From IMG/VR virus record IMGVR_UViG_3300034073_002120: a stretch of DNA of 64,000 nt; one strand, 5' to 3'. The DNA comes from a virus (Duplodnaviria > Caudoviricetes). Position 1 is the stretch's first letter, and the number at the start of each line of letters is the position of its first letter. Below are positions 47,401 to 56,651 of this stretch, piece after piece. Both the position numbers and the translations under genes were made by a program. The notes under the pieces were generated by a model. It saw only the letters and a list, made by a program, of their open reading frames with translations, was not told where the DNA came from and did not search any database.

Positions 47401-49908
47401 TTAAAAGCTAAAGAATTTTTCTGCTGTTTTTTGTTCACTCATTACCTCACCCCAATCCAATGCGTTATAGAAATCTTGTAACTTACCTTTTAATTCAGCT
47501 TCAAAGATTCTATTGTGGTCTATATAAGTTGAAATGAATTTTGTAATTTCTTCGGGGTCATCATAACCTGTAAACGCCAATCCATCAATTCCTAATGGAT
47601 TATTTTTAAGATATACCCACTTTACTTTATCACCATCTTTCATAGGTGAATATTTGAATGGTGCGTTAAAATGTTTCAAACAATCATTATATAGGATTGC
47701 TGCTTTAACGTGGGCAGGAACACCTTTCTCCATTTGGAAAAGTTGTCTTTTCTTTGGAAGATATTTTGATAAGTTTTTTACTGCAGAGTTTTTAGCAATT
47801 TCAGTAATTGGTCTATCTACCATACTCTTTTTGAACGCAAGAACAAATGCTGTAATTTCTTCTTCTGGTTTACTTCGTAGAATATCAATTAAGACAGTTC
47901 CCATACACTCCTGAAATGCTTTTGGAAATGATGAACGTTTTACATCTAATCCTTTAACATCTAATTTATCTACCGCAATACCATTATTAGAAATAATCCA
48001 TTGTGCATATCGTTTCTTTGCAATCCAAATACCTGCTCTAGCAACGTATTCTTTTTTAATTTCTAGTCGATGATTTTGAACGTTAAAGAATTTATCGGAA
48101 AGTATATCGTAGAATTTATTAAGATAATCTTGCATTTCACCTGCGATACCATCTACCAATTGTGCAACTTCACTATCTGGTATTTCTTTCCAATTTGGAT
48201 GACGAAAATCTAATAGTGGAACTGCGGAAAAGAATACTGAATCGGTGTCAATATAAATGTTTGAATCTACATCTTTTGTTCCTAACTCTTTGTTGTATTT
48301 GATGTTCCCCATATTCGCCGAGTTCTTAATAACCGTCTGACCCGTAGTTGTAACTGCCTCCGCATTATCAACATCGTAAAACCGAAAGGCAGGAAGGCCA
48401 AGAACACCATAAAGAGAGTTAAGTAGAATTTTTTGAACCAACTGTCTTTTTCCGTAAAAGGCATATTTTTCTTTATCACCCTCTTGGCCGTACTTTTTTT
48501 CCAACTTTCTAAATTCAACCCTTTCATTAAACCAAATATCTAAAATTTCAGGAATACATCCCATTTTATCTTTACGATACAACACACCATTTGATGATAT
48601 TGTTAAATCTGCTTCTTTAATATATTTTTCTAAATTATCACGAGAAATTCTATCATCTCCCATTTGGTAATAATCTATTTCTTTTTTCATAAATGCTTGA
48701 ACATCCCAATCAGAAATCTTAGCAACCTTAGTTTCTGGACTGATATTCAATGTCATAATGATTGAAGGATATAGTGATGTTAAATCCAAGTCATACACCC
48801 AATCATATTTACCCACAATTGGGTCTTTTACATACGCACCGATGAATTTTTCTTCACCTGCCTCTGCCATTGCTGCTAACTTCTCTTTTCTATCTGCAGG
48901 TTTATTCGGTGCAACTAATCCTTTACGTTTAAGGAAACATAACAATGCACCCTCCAAGTATTTCGATGAATAAACGAAATCTTCATATGGAACGTGCCCT
49001 GCATGACAAATACCTCTACATAAATCTATGAATTGTAATTTCTTATCTAATTCTACAACAATCTCAACGTCCACTAAGTTATACTCAATAAACTTTTCAA
49101 TATCTTCGTTGAATAAATCATCTAATGAACCTTGATACTCAATTTTACCCTTACCTAATTCAATCGTACCAATAGTATCTAATCGATAGTTAGGTAATTC
49201 GTTGTAGTTAAATTTCTTATAAAGGGAAAGGTAATCTAAACAACTTACACCTGCTAAAAACCATCTCTGACGATATGGTGAATAGAATGCTTGACCAATA
49301 GGTGATAATCTTTTTGCTTGTGATTCACCTAAGATACGTTTCATTCGGTTGAATAGATACGGAATATCAAAATTATCAATATTCCAACCTGTTAGAATAT
49401 CTGGTTGAATTCCTTCGTATAACTCTAAGAACTTCATACACATATCTCTCTCATCTCTGAAAGGGATTACGATTGCCTTATCGGTTTTACGTTCAACCAT
49501 TTGACCTTTCTTATCCATTACCAATACCCAATATTGATTGGTTACACTATCTTGTAAACCGATAGCGGTAAGTTCGTTCTCTGCCTTTTCAGTATCAGGT
49601 AATCCACTTTCCATTTCCACCTCAATATCAAACGTCATCGTTACAATACCTTCGGATGGAATATCAGAATCGACATAAGTATCCACTAACACACGAGTTG
49701 TTTCAGGTACATCCGATTCAAACAAATCGGGGTCATCGTTTTTGAATTTATAAATTTTTGTTAGACGGTCACCATAGATGGAACGTGCTTCACCTCTCTC
49801 TGCTCTTTCATACGCATAACGTGTATATGGAAATGTTCTATAACCTAAATGGGAATCCCATAAGTGTATTAGATTGCGTTCTCTTTGGTAATATATGTTT
49901 TTATACAT
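47401..49908 (-). CDS. Family B DNA polymerase (T4 gp43-like)
   Basis: FDIEV (Exo I), GWNIDNFDIPY (Exo II), YNLVDV (Exo III), DLTSLYPSII (A), KILLNSLYG (B), YIDTDS (C), KKRY. No intein is evident. Confidence 0.97.
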   Translation of the reverse strand: MYKNIYYQRERNLIHLWDSHLGYRTFPYTRYAYERAERGEARSIYGDRLTKIYKFKNDDPDLFESDVPETTRVLVDTYVDSDIPSEGIVTMTFDIEVEMESGLPDTEKAENELTAIGLQDSVTNQYWVLVMDKKGQMVERKTDKAIVIPFRDERDMCMKFLELYEGIQPDILTGWNIDNFDIPYLFNRMKRILGESQAKRLSPIGQAFYSPYRQRWFLAGVSCLDYLSLYKKFNYNELPNYRLDTIGTIELGKGKIEYQGSLDDLFNEDIEKFIEYNLVDVEIVVELDKKLQFIDLCRGICHAGHVPYEDFVYSSKYLEGALLCFLKRKGLVAPNKPADRKEKLAAMAEAGEEKFIGAYVKDPIVGKYDWVYDLDLTSLYPSIIMTLNISPETKVAKISDWDVQAFMKKEIDYYQMGDDRISRDNLEKYIKEADLTISSNGVLYRKDKMGCIPEILDIWFNERVEFRKLEKKYGQEGDKEKYAFYGKRQLVQKILLNSLYGVLGLPAFRFYDVDNAEAVTTTGQTVIKNSANMGNIKYNKELGTKDVDSNIYIDTDSVFFSAVPLLDFRHPNWKEIPDSEVAQLVDGIAGEMQDYLNKFYDILSDKFFNVQNHRLEIKKEYVARAGIWIAKKRYAQWIISNNGIAVDKLDVKGLDVKRSSFPKAFQECMGTVLIDILRSKPEEEITAFVLAFKKSMVDRPITEIAKNSAVKNLSKYLPKKRQLFQMEKGVPAHVKAAILYNDCLKHFNAPFKYSPMKDGDKVKWVYLKNNPLGIDGLAFTGYDDPEEITKFISTYIDHNRIFEAELKGKLQDFYNALDWGEVMSEQKTAEKFFSF

Positions 49909-49927
49909 TCAGTTGTAACTTGTTATT

Positions 49928-50875
49928 TTATGTAAATTTTAATATAGTGTTTTGTTTGGATATTTCAAATATTTCTTTACCCTTTTCATTCATATCAATT
50001 AAGGTATAAAATCGATTCGTATTTAAACATGCTCTACCTAATGTACCACTACCTGCAAATATATCCAAACAATTTGAGTTTTCGTTTGAATATAAATTTA
50101 CAATTCTTTCTAATAATGCTACTGGTTTTTGAGTAGCATAATCAAGTTTTTCGTTCATTTGTATCGTACTAATATCATTCCAGACATCTTTTAGTGGAAT
50201 CCCACCACTTTCATGTAAATAGCGTTTTATTCTTGGTATTCCTGCAGAATTATATTCCAATCTATTAGAATTATGTAATTCTTGCATTTTTTCAACGGAA
50301 ACCCACCATTGTTTCATATGACCGTTCCATTCATATCTCAAATTAGGTCTTTGTATTACATTAGGTTGTGAATTTACGGCAGCAGATGTGGTATATTTAC
50401 CATTTGAATCTTCTTTTGCTTTTTTTACATAATCAAGATTATATGGTAATAAAATTCTATTAAAAATAGCTTTATTTTTATTTTTAGAATAAATTAATAA
50501 TACATCATGTTGTCTCATTAATTTATTTTTAACTGATTTTTGATTTGAGGTAATCCATATCAATTCATTTCTAAAATTTTTTATACCAAAAATGGAATCT
50601 AATAAAATTTTAACATAATGTGATGCGATAGAATCAATATGGACTATTATATTACCAGATTCAGATAATTTTAAATATATTTCTTGTAATCTAGGTTTTA
50701 AAAAATCTAAAAAATGTTGCATACTTTCAAATGAATCTCCGAAATCACCAAAATCTCTGCCAGTATTATATGGAGGGTCTATGTAACATAAATCATAAGT
50801 ATGTGGTATATTTTTAAGTATTTCTAAATTATCACCAATTAAATATTGATTAATATATTCTATATTATTTTTCAT
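49928..50875 (-). CDS. Site-specific DNA amino-methyltransferase (beta class, DPPY before FxGxG)
   Basis: GDNL, DLCYIDPPYNTG, YATQKPVALLERI, LDIFAGSGT. Likely start is the ATG at 50875. Confidence 0.9.
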   Translation of the reverse strand: MKNNIEYINQYLIGDNLEILKNIPHTYDLCYIDPPYNTGRDFGDFGDSFESMQHFLDFLKPRLQEIYLKLSESGNIIVHIDSIASHYVKILLDSIFGIKNFRNELIWITSNQKSVKNKLMRQHDVLLIYSKNKNKAIFNRILLPYNLDYVKKAKEDSNGKYTTSAAVNSQPNVIQRPNLRYEWNGHMKQWWVSVEKMQELHNSNRLEYNSAGIPRIKRYLHESGGIPLKDVWNDISTIQMNEKLDYATQKPVALLERIVNLYSNENSNCLDIFAGSGTLGRACLNTNRFYTLIDMNEKGKEIFEISKQNTILKFT

Positions 50876-51446
50876 TTTTTTGTTTGTATTCAGTTTCCAA
50901 TACCTCAATTGCTTTACCAACATATTTTTCCCATATTTTTTTAGGGACACGTGGTAATAAATATTTTGGATTTTTAGGGTCTATCAAAGCAGATTCAGGT
51001 ATAGCAATATATTGCCATTTTTGTATATTTAAATATTCATTAATATCAGGTTTTGAAAAAACATAAACATCGGCCTCACCTGCAGAATATCTTACATGTC
51101 CAGTATCTGAACTAAATTCATTTTTTTGTGATTTTCTACGAGTTTGTTCAAGATGTAATGTATTTGCTCTTAATTTTGATTGTATTTTTAATAAATTATC
51201 AGTTGTAATTAAATCATATCCAGATGCGTTTGAATCCGAACTAAAATCGTTTCGTTTAACTACATTTAAATTTGTATTCTCATTAATCCAATCACACTGT
51301 ATATGTTCATTAGGGTCAGCAAATAATTTACCTAAATCACGTAATTCAATATTTTTTGCCAAATCCTCTTGAGATAACCATAGATAATATACACTTGGTT
51401 CATTTAATTTTAAATAGTTTAGAACTTCATTTTTAGTAGGTATCAT
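50865..51446 (-). CDS. Putative restriction-endonuclease-like nuclease
   Basis: SGYDL....KIQSK resembles a PD-(D/E)xK variant (D...QxK). It overlaps the MTase start by 11 nt. Confidence 0.45.
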   Translation of the reverse strand: MIPTKNEVLNYLKLNEPSVYYLWLSQEDLAKNIELRDLGKLFADPNEHIQCDWINENTNLNVVKRNDFSSDSNASGYDLITTDNLLKIQSKLRANTLHLEQTRRKSQKNEFSSDTGHVRYSAGEADVYVFSKPDINEYLNIQKWQYIAIPESALIDPKNPKYLLPRVPKKIWEKYVGKAIEVLETEYKQKNEK

Positions 51447-51490
51447 AATTTTATTAATTTTAAAGTTTATTATCTCTTAATCTTATAAAG

Positions 51491-51522
51491 CTAATGTACG
51501 AACTTTTACTGATATATCCAAA
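51491..51522 (-). promoter_or_regulatory. Bacteroidota primary-sigma promoter (variant) for the nuclease-MTase pair
   Basis: Minus strand TTTG-N20-TACATTAG. Confidence 0.6.
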
Positions 51523-51573
51523 TAATTTACCATTTATTTTTAAGTTTTTTTGCCCCTATTGATAATCAACCGC

Positions 51574-51870
51574 TTATGAATCCAAATCTGGAAACTCTTG
51601 TTCTGCTAATTCCTTACCTTCCTCAATTAGTAGGGTGATATAACGAAATGCTGCTAGACACCCACTATTAAATCCATGTTGCCAATCACCATCTTCATAT
51701 AATTTCTCCATTTCTTCTGGGTATTTCTCCGTAATTCGTTGGATATTTTCCCTCACCCCCTTTACATCGATATTATTGGGGTTACTTCTTGCATACCAAA
51801 CTAAATCAAAGTATTTTTCTTCTTTTTCATTTAGTTCAATCATTAAGTTTTGAAAATCTTCCGTTGTCAT
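51574..51870 (-). CDS. Hypothetical protein
   Basis: 98-aa acidic ORF with DWQHGFNSGCLA. Confidence 0.6.
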   Translation of the reverse strand: MTTEDFQNLMIELNEKEEKYFDLVWYARSNPNNIDVKGVRENIQRITEKYPEEMEKLYEDGDWQHGFNSGCLAAFRYITLLIEEGKELAEQEFPDLDS

Positions 51871-51881
51871 ATTATATTTTT

Positions 51882-52721
51882 TTAAAATTTGTAAATTCCA
51901 CCCACATTCCAGAATAAAATAGTACCCTCAATTTGGTCTATATTTTCTTCTAACCATTTCCATTGTTTTATATCCCAAAATTGGTTACAAGGGAATGGGG
52001 CTGAATATCCTTCTATTCTATCCTCAAAAAGATACTCCGATTTTCGTATGTTTATGGGAATTGGAATACCACTTTTTTTAAGGGTCTTTTTGATTGAACT
52101 TTCAGATGATACACAAGTTGTCCAAACCTTCTTTTTAACATCAGGAAAAAACTCTTTAAGTTCTTCTCTATAATATCCTCTCACAAGACCGGATAGGGTT
52201 ACTCCACTACCAGATGATACTACTAAATTATCAAAATGTGCAAATGGTTGAATTCTTTCTGCAAGATAATCTTTGTAAAAATCGTGGTCAAACGCATAAG
52301 GTAGCATTTGCCAACCATTTTCTCTTGCTTGACCTCTAAGTGAATTATACATAATCTGCATCATATTAGGTCTGATTGGATTTAGATGTGTTTTTGGATA
52401 CATCTCTTTAATCAAACCCAAATACTCTTGCGATATTTTTTTAGAATCTGGATGTGATACATAAAATTCAATATCTAATTCTTCACATATTGCTGCAAGT
52501 GCCCATCCAGTCCAACTGCCATCTACCGAAAGGTGGGTTAGTGGTTTTGAAGGGTCTACATATTTTTTAACCAATTCATATAATGCTGCTATCTTACCCC
52601 ACGGCGGTAATGTTATACCATCACCCATCAAATCATCTCTTTTTACCCAAACCTCTCTTCCTTTAATGTGATAAAGTTCTAAGGGAGTATCTTCATTTAA
52701 TCCTTTTAATCTTACATCCAT
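51882..52721 (-). CDS. Fold-type-II PLP-dependent enzyme (ACC deaminase / D-cysteine desulfhydrase-like, divergent)
   Basis: TPLE...VWVKRDDL...PPWGKI (candidate Schiff-base Lys); VVSSGSGVT phosphate loop. Confidence 0.7.
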   Translation of the reverse strand: MDVRLKGLNEDTPLELYHIKGREVWVKRDDLMGDGITLPPWGKIAALYELVKKYVDPSKPLTHLSVDGSWTGWALAAICEELDIEFYVSHPDSKKISQEYLGLIKEMYPKTHLNPIRPNMMQIMYNSLRGQARENGWQMLPYAFDHDFYKDYLAERIQPFAHFDNLVVSSGSGVTLSGLVRGYYREELKEFFPDVKKKVWTTCVSSESSIKKTLKKSGIPIPINIRKSEYLFEDRIEGYSAPFPCNQFWDIKQWKWLEENIDQIEGTILFWNVGGIYKF

Positions 52722-54217
52722 TTTTGAAATCCTCCTCCATTTGATACTAATTCTCCTTTCATATTTCGGTGGGAGAACCCGTGAATTTTTTCGAAATTAT
52801 CACCGATTACATTTATCATCTTTTTTCTTTTTTTGAAATTGATGTTAGGGTCATTTAAAATAATTTCTTCAATATATTGTTTAAAATTTGTTCCTTTTTG
52901 GAATGCTCGTTTCTCTTGGTCTAATATCTCATCTGGTAACTTACCTCTAAATCCATCTGCAAGTGGTAATTTCCATTGTCCACCTTTACACAAATACTCA
53001 TCGGTAAGATTCGTAGTATAATTTAGAAAATCAGTATCAAAGAATGGACATCTTAATTCGATTGTTCCATAATTCATAAAGATTGTATTGCCTCTTAGTA
53101 AGTTTCCGTAATATTGTTTTTCAAATAATTTCTTACGAACATCACTCCAATCAGGTTTCTTACTAAACATACGGAAAGTTCCATATGAACCATAACTTTC
53201 ATCACTACCCTCACCACTAAATGCTACTTTGATTCCATCCAACGCCATTTGTTCTGCGATAAATGATTGTAGAATACCAACCTCCATTTGAACGGTCGAT
53301 GGATATTCGATTACTCTAATCGAATCTAAGAAACGTTGTTTGATGATTTCATCATTTTTGGGAACAAATACTTCAACCAATTCTACTCCCAAATACTTTG
53401 CACACACTCTTGCTTTTTGTAAATCTTTTGATGTTTCATCAAATGCAATTGTGTATGCTTTTAAGTTAGGGATTCGTTGGGATAGAAGATAAGTAATTAC
53501 AGCAGAATCAATACCACCACTAAGTGATGTTGCAATTGGTACATCGGATAATAATCTCTTATCTACTGCTCTTTCTAATAATTTGAATGTAGTTTCTGCT
53601 ACCTCTTCATGTGATGTAACCTTTGTTGGTTCTGATGAAAATTGAAAATAAAAGTTTTCGTTTATTGTAATCTTATCAGTATCCAAATCAATTTCAACCA
53701 AACTATTTTTAGGTACAAATTTAATTTCGGATGTTTTATGTTGTGTAGTGATTGATTTTAATTCACTTGCAACTATATAATTGTTTGAATTGTAAATATA
53801 AAGTGGTAATTTACCTACCCAATCTCTCGATAATAATAATTTGTTATTATCATAAATAATGAATGAAAACATACCATCTAACCTCTTCAATTCACCCTCT
53901 TTATATAAGAAAAGAATGATTTCAGAATCCGAATTTGATTTAAAGGTATAACCTCTTTCTTCGTATTCTTTACGCAATTGAGGATAATTCCATATCTCAC
54001 CATTTACTACTAATTGAATACCATCAAATTCCATCGGTTGATTACCTAATGGTGATGTATCGTTGATTGATAAACGATTGTGACCTAATATGATATGTTT
54101 ATCACCATATTGGAATTCTCTAATTCCTCTATTATCTCTTCCGCGATGTTCTATCGCTTCCAACATTTCATTTACTTCATCTCTTTTATATCCTATGGTT
54201 GCTACGATTCCACACAT
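52712..54217 (-). CDS. Asparagine-synthase-like (AsnB) glutamine amidotransferase / ATP pyrophosphatase
   Basis: MCGI (Ntn Cys), HRG, GHNRLSIND, QPM, NGEIWNY, SDSE, SLSGGIDS, SGEGSDE, ELRCPFFD. Confidence 0.9.
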   Translation of the reverse strand: MCGIVATIGYKRDEVNEMLEAIEHRGRDNRGIREFQYGDKHIILGHNRLSINDTSPLGNQPMEFDGIQLVVNGEIWNYPQLRKEYEERGYTFKSNSDSEIILFLYKEGELKRLDGMFSFIIYDNNKLLLSRDWVGKLPLYIYNSNNYIVASELKSITTQHKTSEIKFVPKNSLVEIDLDTDKITINENFYFQFSSEPTKVTSHEEVAETTFKLLERAVDKRLLSDVPIATSLSGGIDSAVITYLLSQRIPNLKAYTIAFDETSKDLQKARVCAKYLGVELVEVFVPKNDEIIKQRFLDSIRVIEYPSTVQMEVGILQSFIAEQMALDGIKVAFSGEGSDESYGSYGTFRMFSKKPDWSDVRKKLFEKQYYGNLLRGNTIFMNYGTIELRCPFFDTDFLNYTTNLTDEYLCKGGQWKLPLADGFRGKLPDEILDQEKRAFQKGTNFKQYIEEIILNDPNINFKKRKKMINVIGDNFEKIHGFSHRNMKGELVSNGGGFQKWM

Positions 54218-54218
54218 A

Positions 54219-54917
54219 TTATCTATTTAATACTTCTAATAACTTATGAGTTTTTTTAGTTTCATCATTCATTTTACCGATATGACAAGAACAAGCTAAA
54301 ACTGATACTTTTTCTAATTCCATATCACTTTCTTTTGCTAAGAACTTACCCATCTCTACTAATGCAGTATAATCTGCATAACCTGATTTAGATACTCTAT
54401 TTGAACGAATGATTGATGTTAGGTAGATTTTACCATTACGAGGTTTAATATCGATTGCTAACATACAAGGTTGTGAATACGGATTTCGTGCATCTCTACT
54501 CGGGTCAAAGATAATCAATTCACATCTTTTAACTGCTTTACCAGTCTTTAAGATTTTGATTACATTCTCTACCTGATTGAAAGTTCCTTGCCACGAAACC
54601 ATTCTACCCCAATATGAATCGTGCCATTTATCTTTGATGAATTTATATTCTAACCCTTCCTCTGCTTGAAAGAATGGAGAATCCGAAACAAATGGTTGTG
54701 GTTCTAAGAATGTTACGGTCTTTGCGTAATCAATTCTATCATCACCCATAATCTCTCTAAAATGAGGGTCAAACCAATCATCAGATTCAAACTTTGTGAT
54801 TTCGGTCATCACATTTAATTCTTCGGTTAAATCACCTACTTTTACTCCGTTTTGGATAAGATGTTTAGATACTTTTACCCATGCATCGCCAGGAGATGTT
54901 GCTTCTATTACTGTCAT
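54219..54917 (-). CDS. Divergent thymidylate-synthase-fold enzyme (dCMP hydroxymethylase-like)
   Basis: YWGR, NQVENVI..LK, catalytic QPC, RSNRVSKSGYADY, CHI. Confidence 0.8.
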   Translation of the reverse strand: MTVIEATSPGDAWVKVSKHLIQNGVKVGDLTEELNVMTEITKFESDDWFDPHFREIMGDDRIDYAKTVTFLEPQPFVSDSPFFQAEEGLEYKFIKDKWHDSYWGRMVSWQGTFNQVENVIKILKTGKAVKRCELIIFDPSRDARNPYSQPCMLAIDIKPRNGKIYLTSIIRSNRVSKSGYADYTALVEMGKFLAKESDMELEKVSVLACSCHIGKMNDETKKTHKLLEVLNR

Positions 54918-54928
54918 ATTATTTAATT

Positions 54929-56161
54929 TTATAATTTACGAAAAATCCATATCGGTTCACAAAACGTTTTATCTTTTGCTTCTTCGTTCTTTTTCAGTTC
55001 TTCTTCGGAATATCTTTCTTCATCACCCTCTATAATCATTCCTGCCCCTGCAGAACCCGGTCTTTTCGCCATTTCCATACCCAAACATCCCTCGTAATGT
55101 GCACCTTCTAGAGTGGAAATAAAATCGTTCATAGGATTAGTGATTTCTTGTTGACCTTTACCATCACCTTTTGAGGATGCATATACATCTGCAATGTTCA
55201 CTGCTAAGTAACCACCTTTCTTAATAGTTGGCCATACATTAGCAATAGTTTTATGTAAGAAATTTTTATTCCAATCATCAATTGTTTTATATCGTATCCA
55301 ACTTTGAGTATCATCATATGAATACCTTTCTACGTTGAAATATGGTGGCGAACTGAATACAATATCAAAGTATTCGTTATACTCACTCAAATCCAAATCT
55401 TCTGCTGGTGATTCATAAAATGTTGATTTCTTTTCAGTTTCAAAGAATCCATTATTCTTTTCATAGAAATCCGCTTGTTGTCTATAAATTGGATGATTTT
55501 CTTTACGAGGGTCAATACCTACATAATGTTCTCCGTATTCTGATGCATAAAATCCACATAATCTATCACCCCATCCAGCTGAAATATCTAATACATTCTT
55601 TGCTTGAACGAAATCATATAATGCCTTTGCAACGTTTGGTTTAAATTGGGAACAAATGTATTTTCGCAAAGATAAACAAGTTCGTAATGTAGTATTACTA
55701 ACTTCATCGAATTTTAGAGTGTACATACCACCCATAAGTGAGAACATAAAATCAGGATTATTCCAAGTTCTATACGGCCCAGGTGAAACTGTGCCATCTA
55801 CACTCCATCGATTTGCTTGTTGAAAATAATTTGAGGCAGGATTACCAGTGTTTAATCTTCTAACGAATTGTTGTTTACCTTGAAACTCAAATGGATATCG
55901 AGATTCAGATGCCTTTCGTGGCACCCATGCTCCTTCGGTAAATAATTCATGCCAACGAATACCTTTTAGTTTAAGATATTCATTTCTTGCTTCTTCTTCG
56001 GAAATTGGAGCATATGGGATTTCGTATGTTGCTGCAACTTTTGCAAGAGATTCTTTTACATCTTCTCTATCGAAAGTTTTCTTAATATACTCCCATTCCT
56101 CATTACCGATAAAGAGATACGGAGTCATTCCGTAAAACTTATCAAAGTATTCTAAATACAT
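54929..56161 (-). CDS. SAM-dependent amino-methyltransferase-like protein (paralog-like of 44646..46283)
   Basis: LDISAGWGDRL, GIDP, DIVFSSPPYFNVERYS, VNIADV. Confidence 0.75.
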   Translation of the reverse strand: MYLEYFDKFYGMTPYLFIGNEEWEYIKKTFDREDVKESLAKVAATYEIPYAPISEEEARNEYLKLKGIRWHELFTEGAWVPRKASESRYPFEFQGKQQFVRRLNTGNPASNYFQQANRWSVDGTVSPGPYRTWNNPDFMFSLMGGMYTLKFDEVSNTTLRTCLSLRKYICSQFKPNVAKALYDFVQAKNVLDISAGWGDRLCGFYASEYGEHYVGIDPRKENHPIYRQQADFYEKNNGFFETEKKSTFYESPAEDLDLSEYNEYFDIVFSSPPYFNVERYSYDDTQSWIRYKTIDDWNKNFLHKTIANVWPTIKKGGYLAVNIADVYASSKGDGKGQQEITNPMNDFISTLEGAHYEGCLGMEMAKRPGSAGAGMIIEGDEERYSEEELKKNEEAKDKTFCEPIWIFRKL

Positions 56162-56174
56162 AACCTTTTATATT

Positions 56175-56414
56175 TTATAATTTTTTTAATGGGACAAGTT
56201 TACCATCAACTATTTTATGAGGAACTCCATCTCTAATTATAAATTTAGGAGCTTTACTCATATCAATTCCTTCTTTACGCAATTCGTTTTTAATTTCCTT
56301 TTTACGAATTTCTTCTTCTCGTTTTGAAAACCATCTTTTAGATTTTTCACTACCTTCTTTTGGTAAAGATAAATTATGTTTCTTAAAACTTTTATTTTTT
56401 TTAATATCACCCAT
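56175..56414 (-). CDS. Small basic hypothetical protein
   Basis: 79-aa Lys-rich ORF directly downstream of a promoter. Confidence 0.55.
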   Translation of the reverse strand: MGDIKKNKSFKKHNLSLPKEGSEKSKRWFSKREEEIRKKEIKNELRKEGIDMSKAPKFIIRDGVPHKIVDGKLVPLKKL

Positions 56415-56433
56415 TTTATTCTTTTATATTTTA

Positions 56434-56465
56434 CAAAGATACGAAAAATATTTCGTATTTCCAAA
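56434..56465 (-). promoter_or_regulatory. Bacteroidota primary-sigma promoter heading the candidate modification operon
   Basis: Minus strand TTTG-N20-TATCTTTG. Confidence 0.8.
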
Positions 56466-56651
56466 TTAAATATGTGTCCATGTGTGACGTTTTACAATTT
56501 CCTCAACATTCCACTTACTAACTTTGAAATTTCTAGCAATAACGTTAGTAGAGAACCCTTGTTTAAAGAGTTCTCTTATTATCCTAACTTGTTCGTTTGT
56601 AAGTTTTGCCTTTGGATGATTTTCACCACACCTTTTATTTGATACACTCAT
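56466..56651 (-). CDS. Stand-alone HTH protein resembling the C-terminal DNA-binding domain of HNH endonucleases
   Basis: GENHPKAKLTNEQVRIIR......IARNFKVS...VEEIV...TWTHI. Confidence 0.7.
   Translation of the reverse strand: MSVSNKRCGENHPKAKLTNEQVRIIRELFKQGFSTNVIARNFKVSKWNVEEIVKRHTWTHI

Noticed and set aside
52712-54217. Assigning asnB as an ordinary auxiliary asparagine synthetase
   Set aside because: Its tight coupling to the TS-fold and PLP genes argues for a different substrate, so no gene symbol was given.
54219-54917. Assigning thyA
   Set aside because: It lacks the dUMP-specific Asn, the folate-binding Asp and the HxY Tyr.
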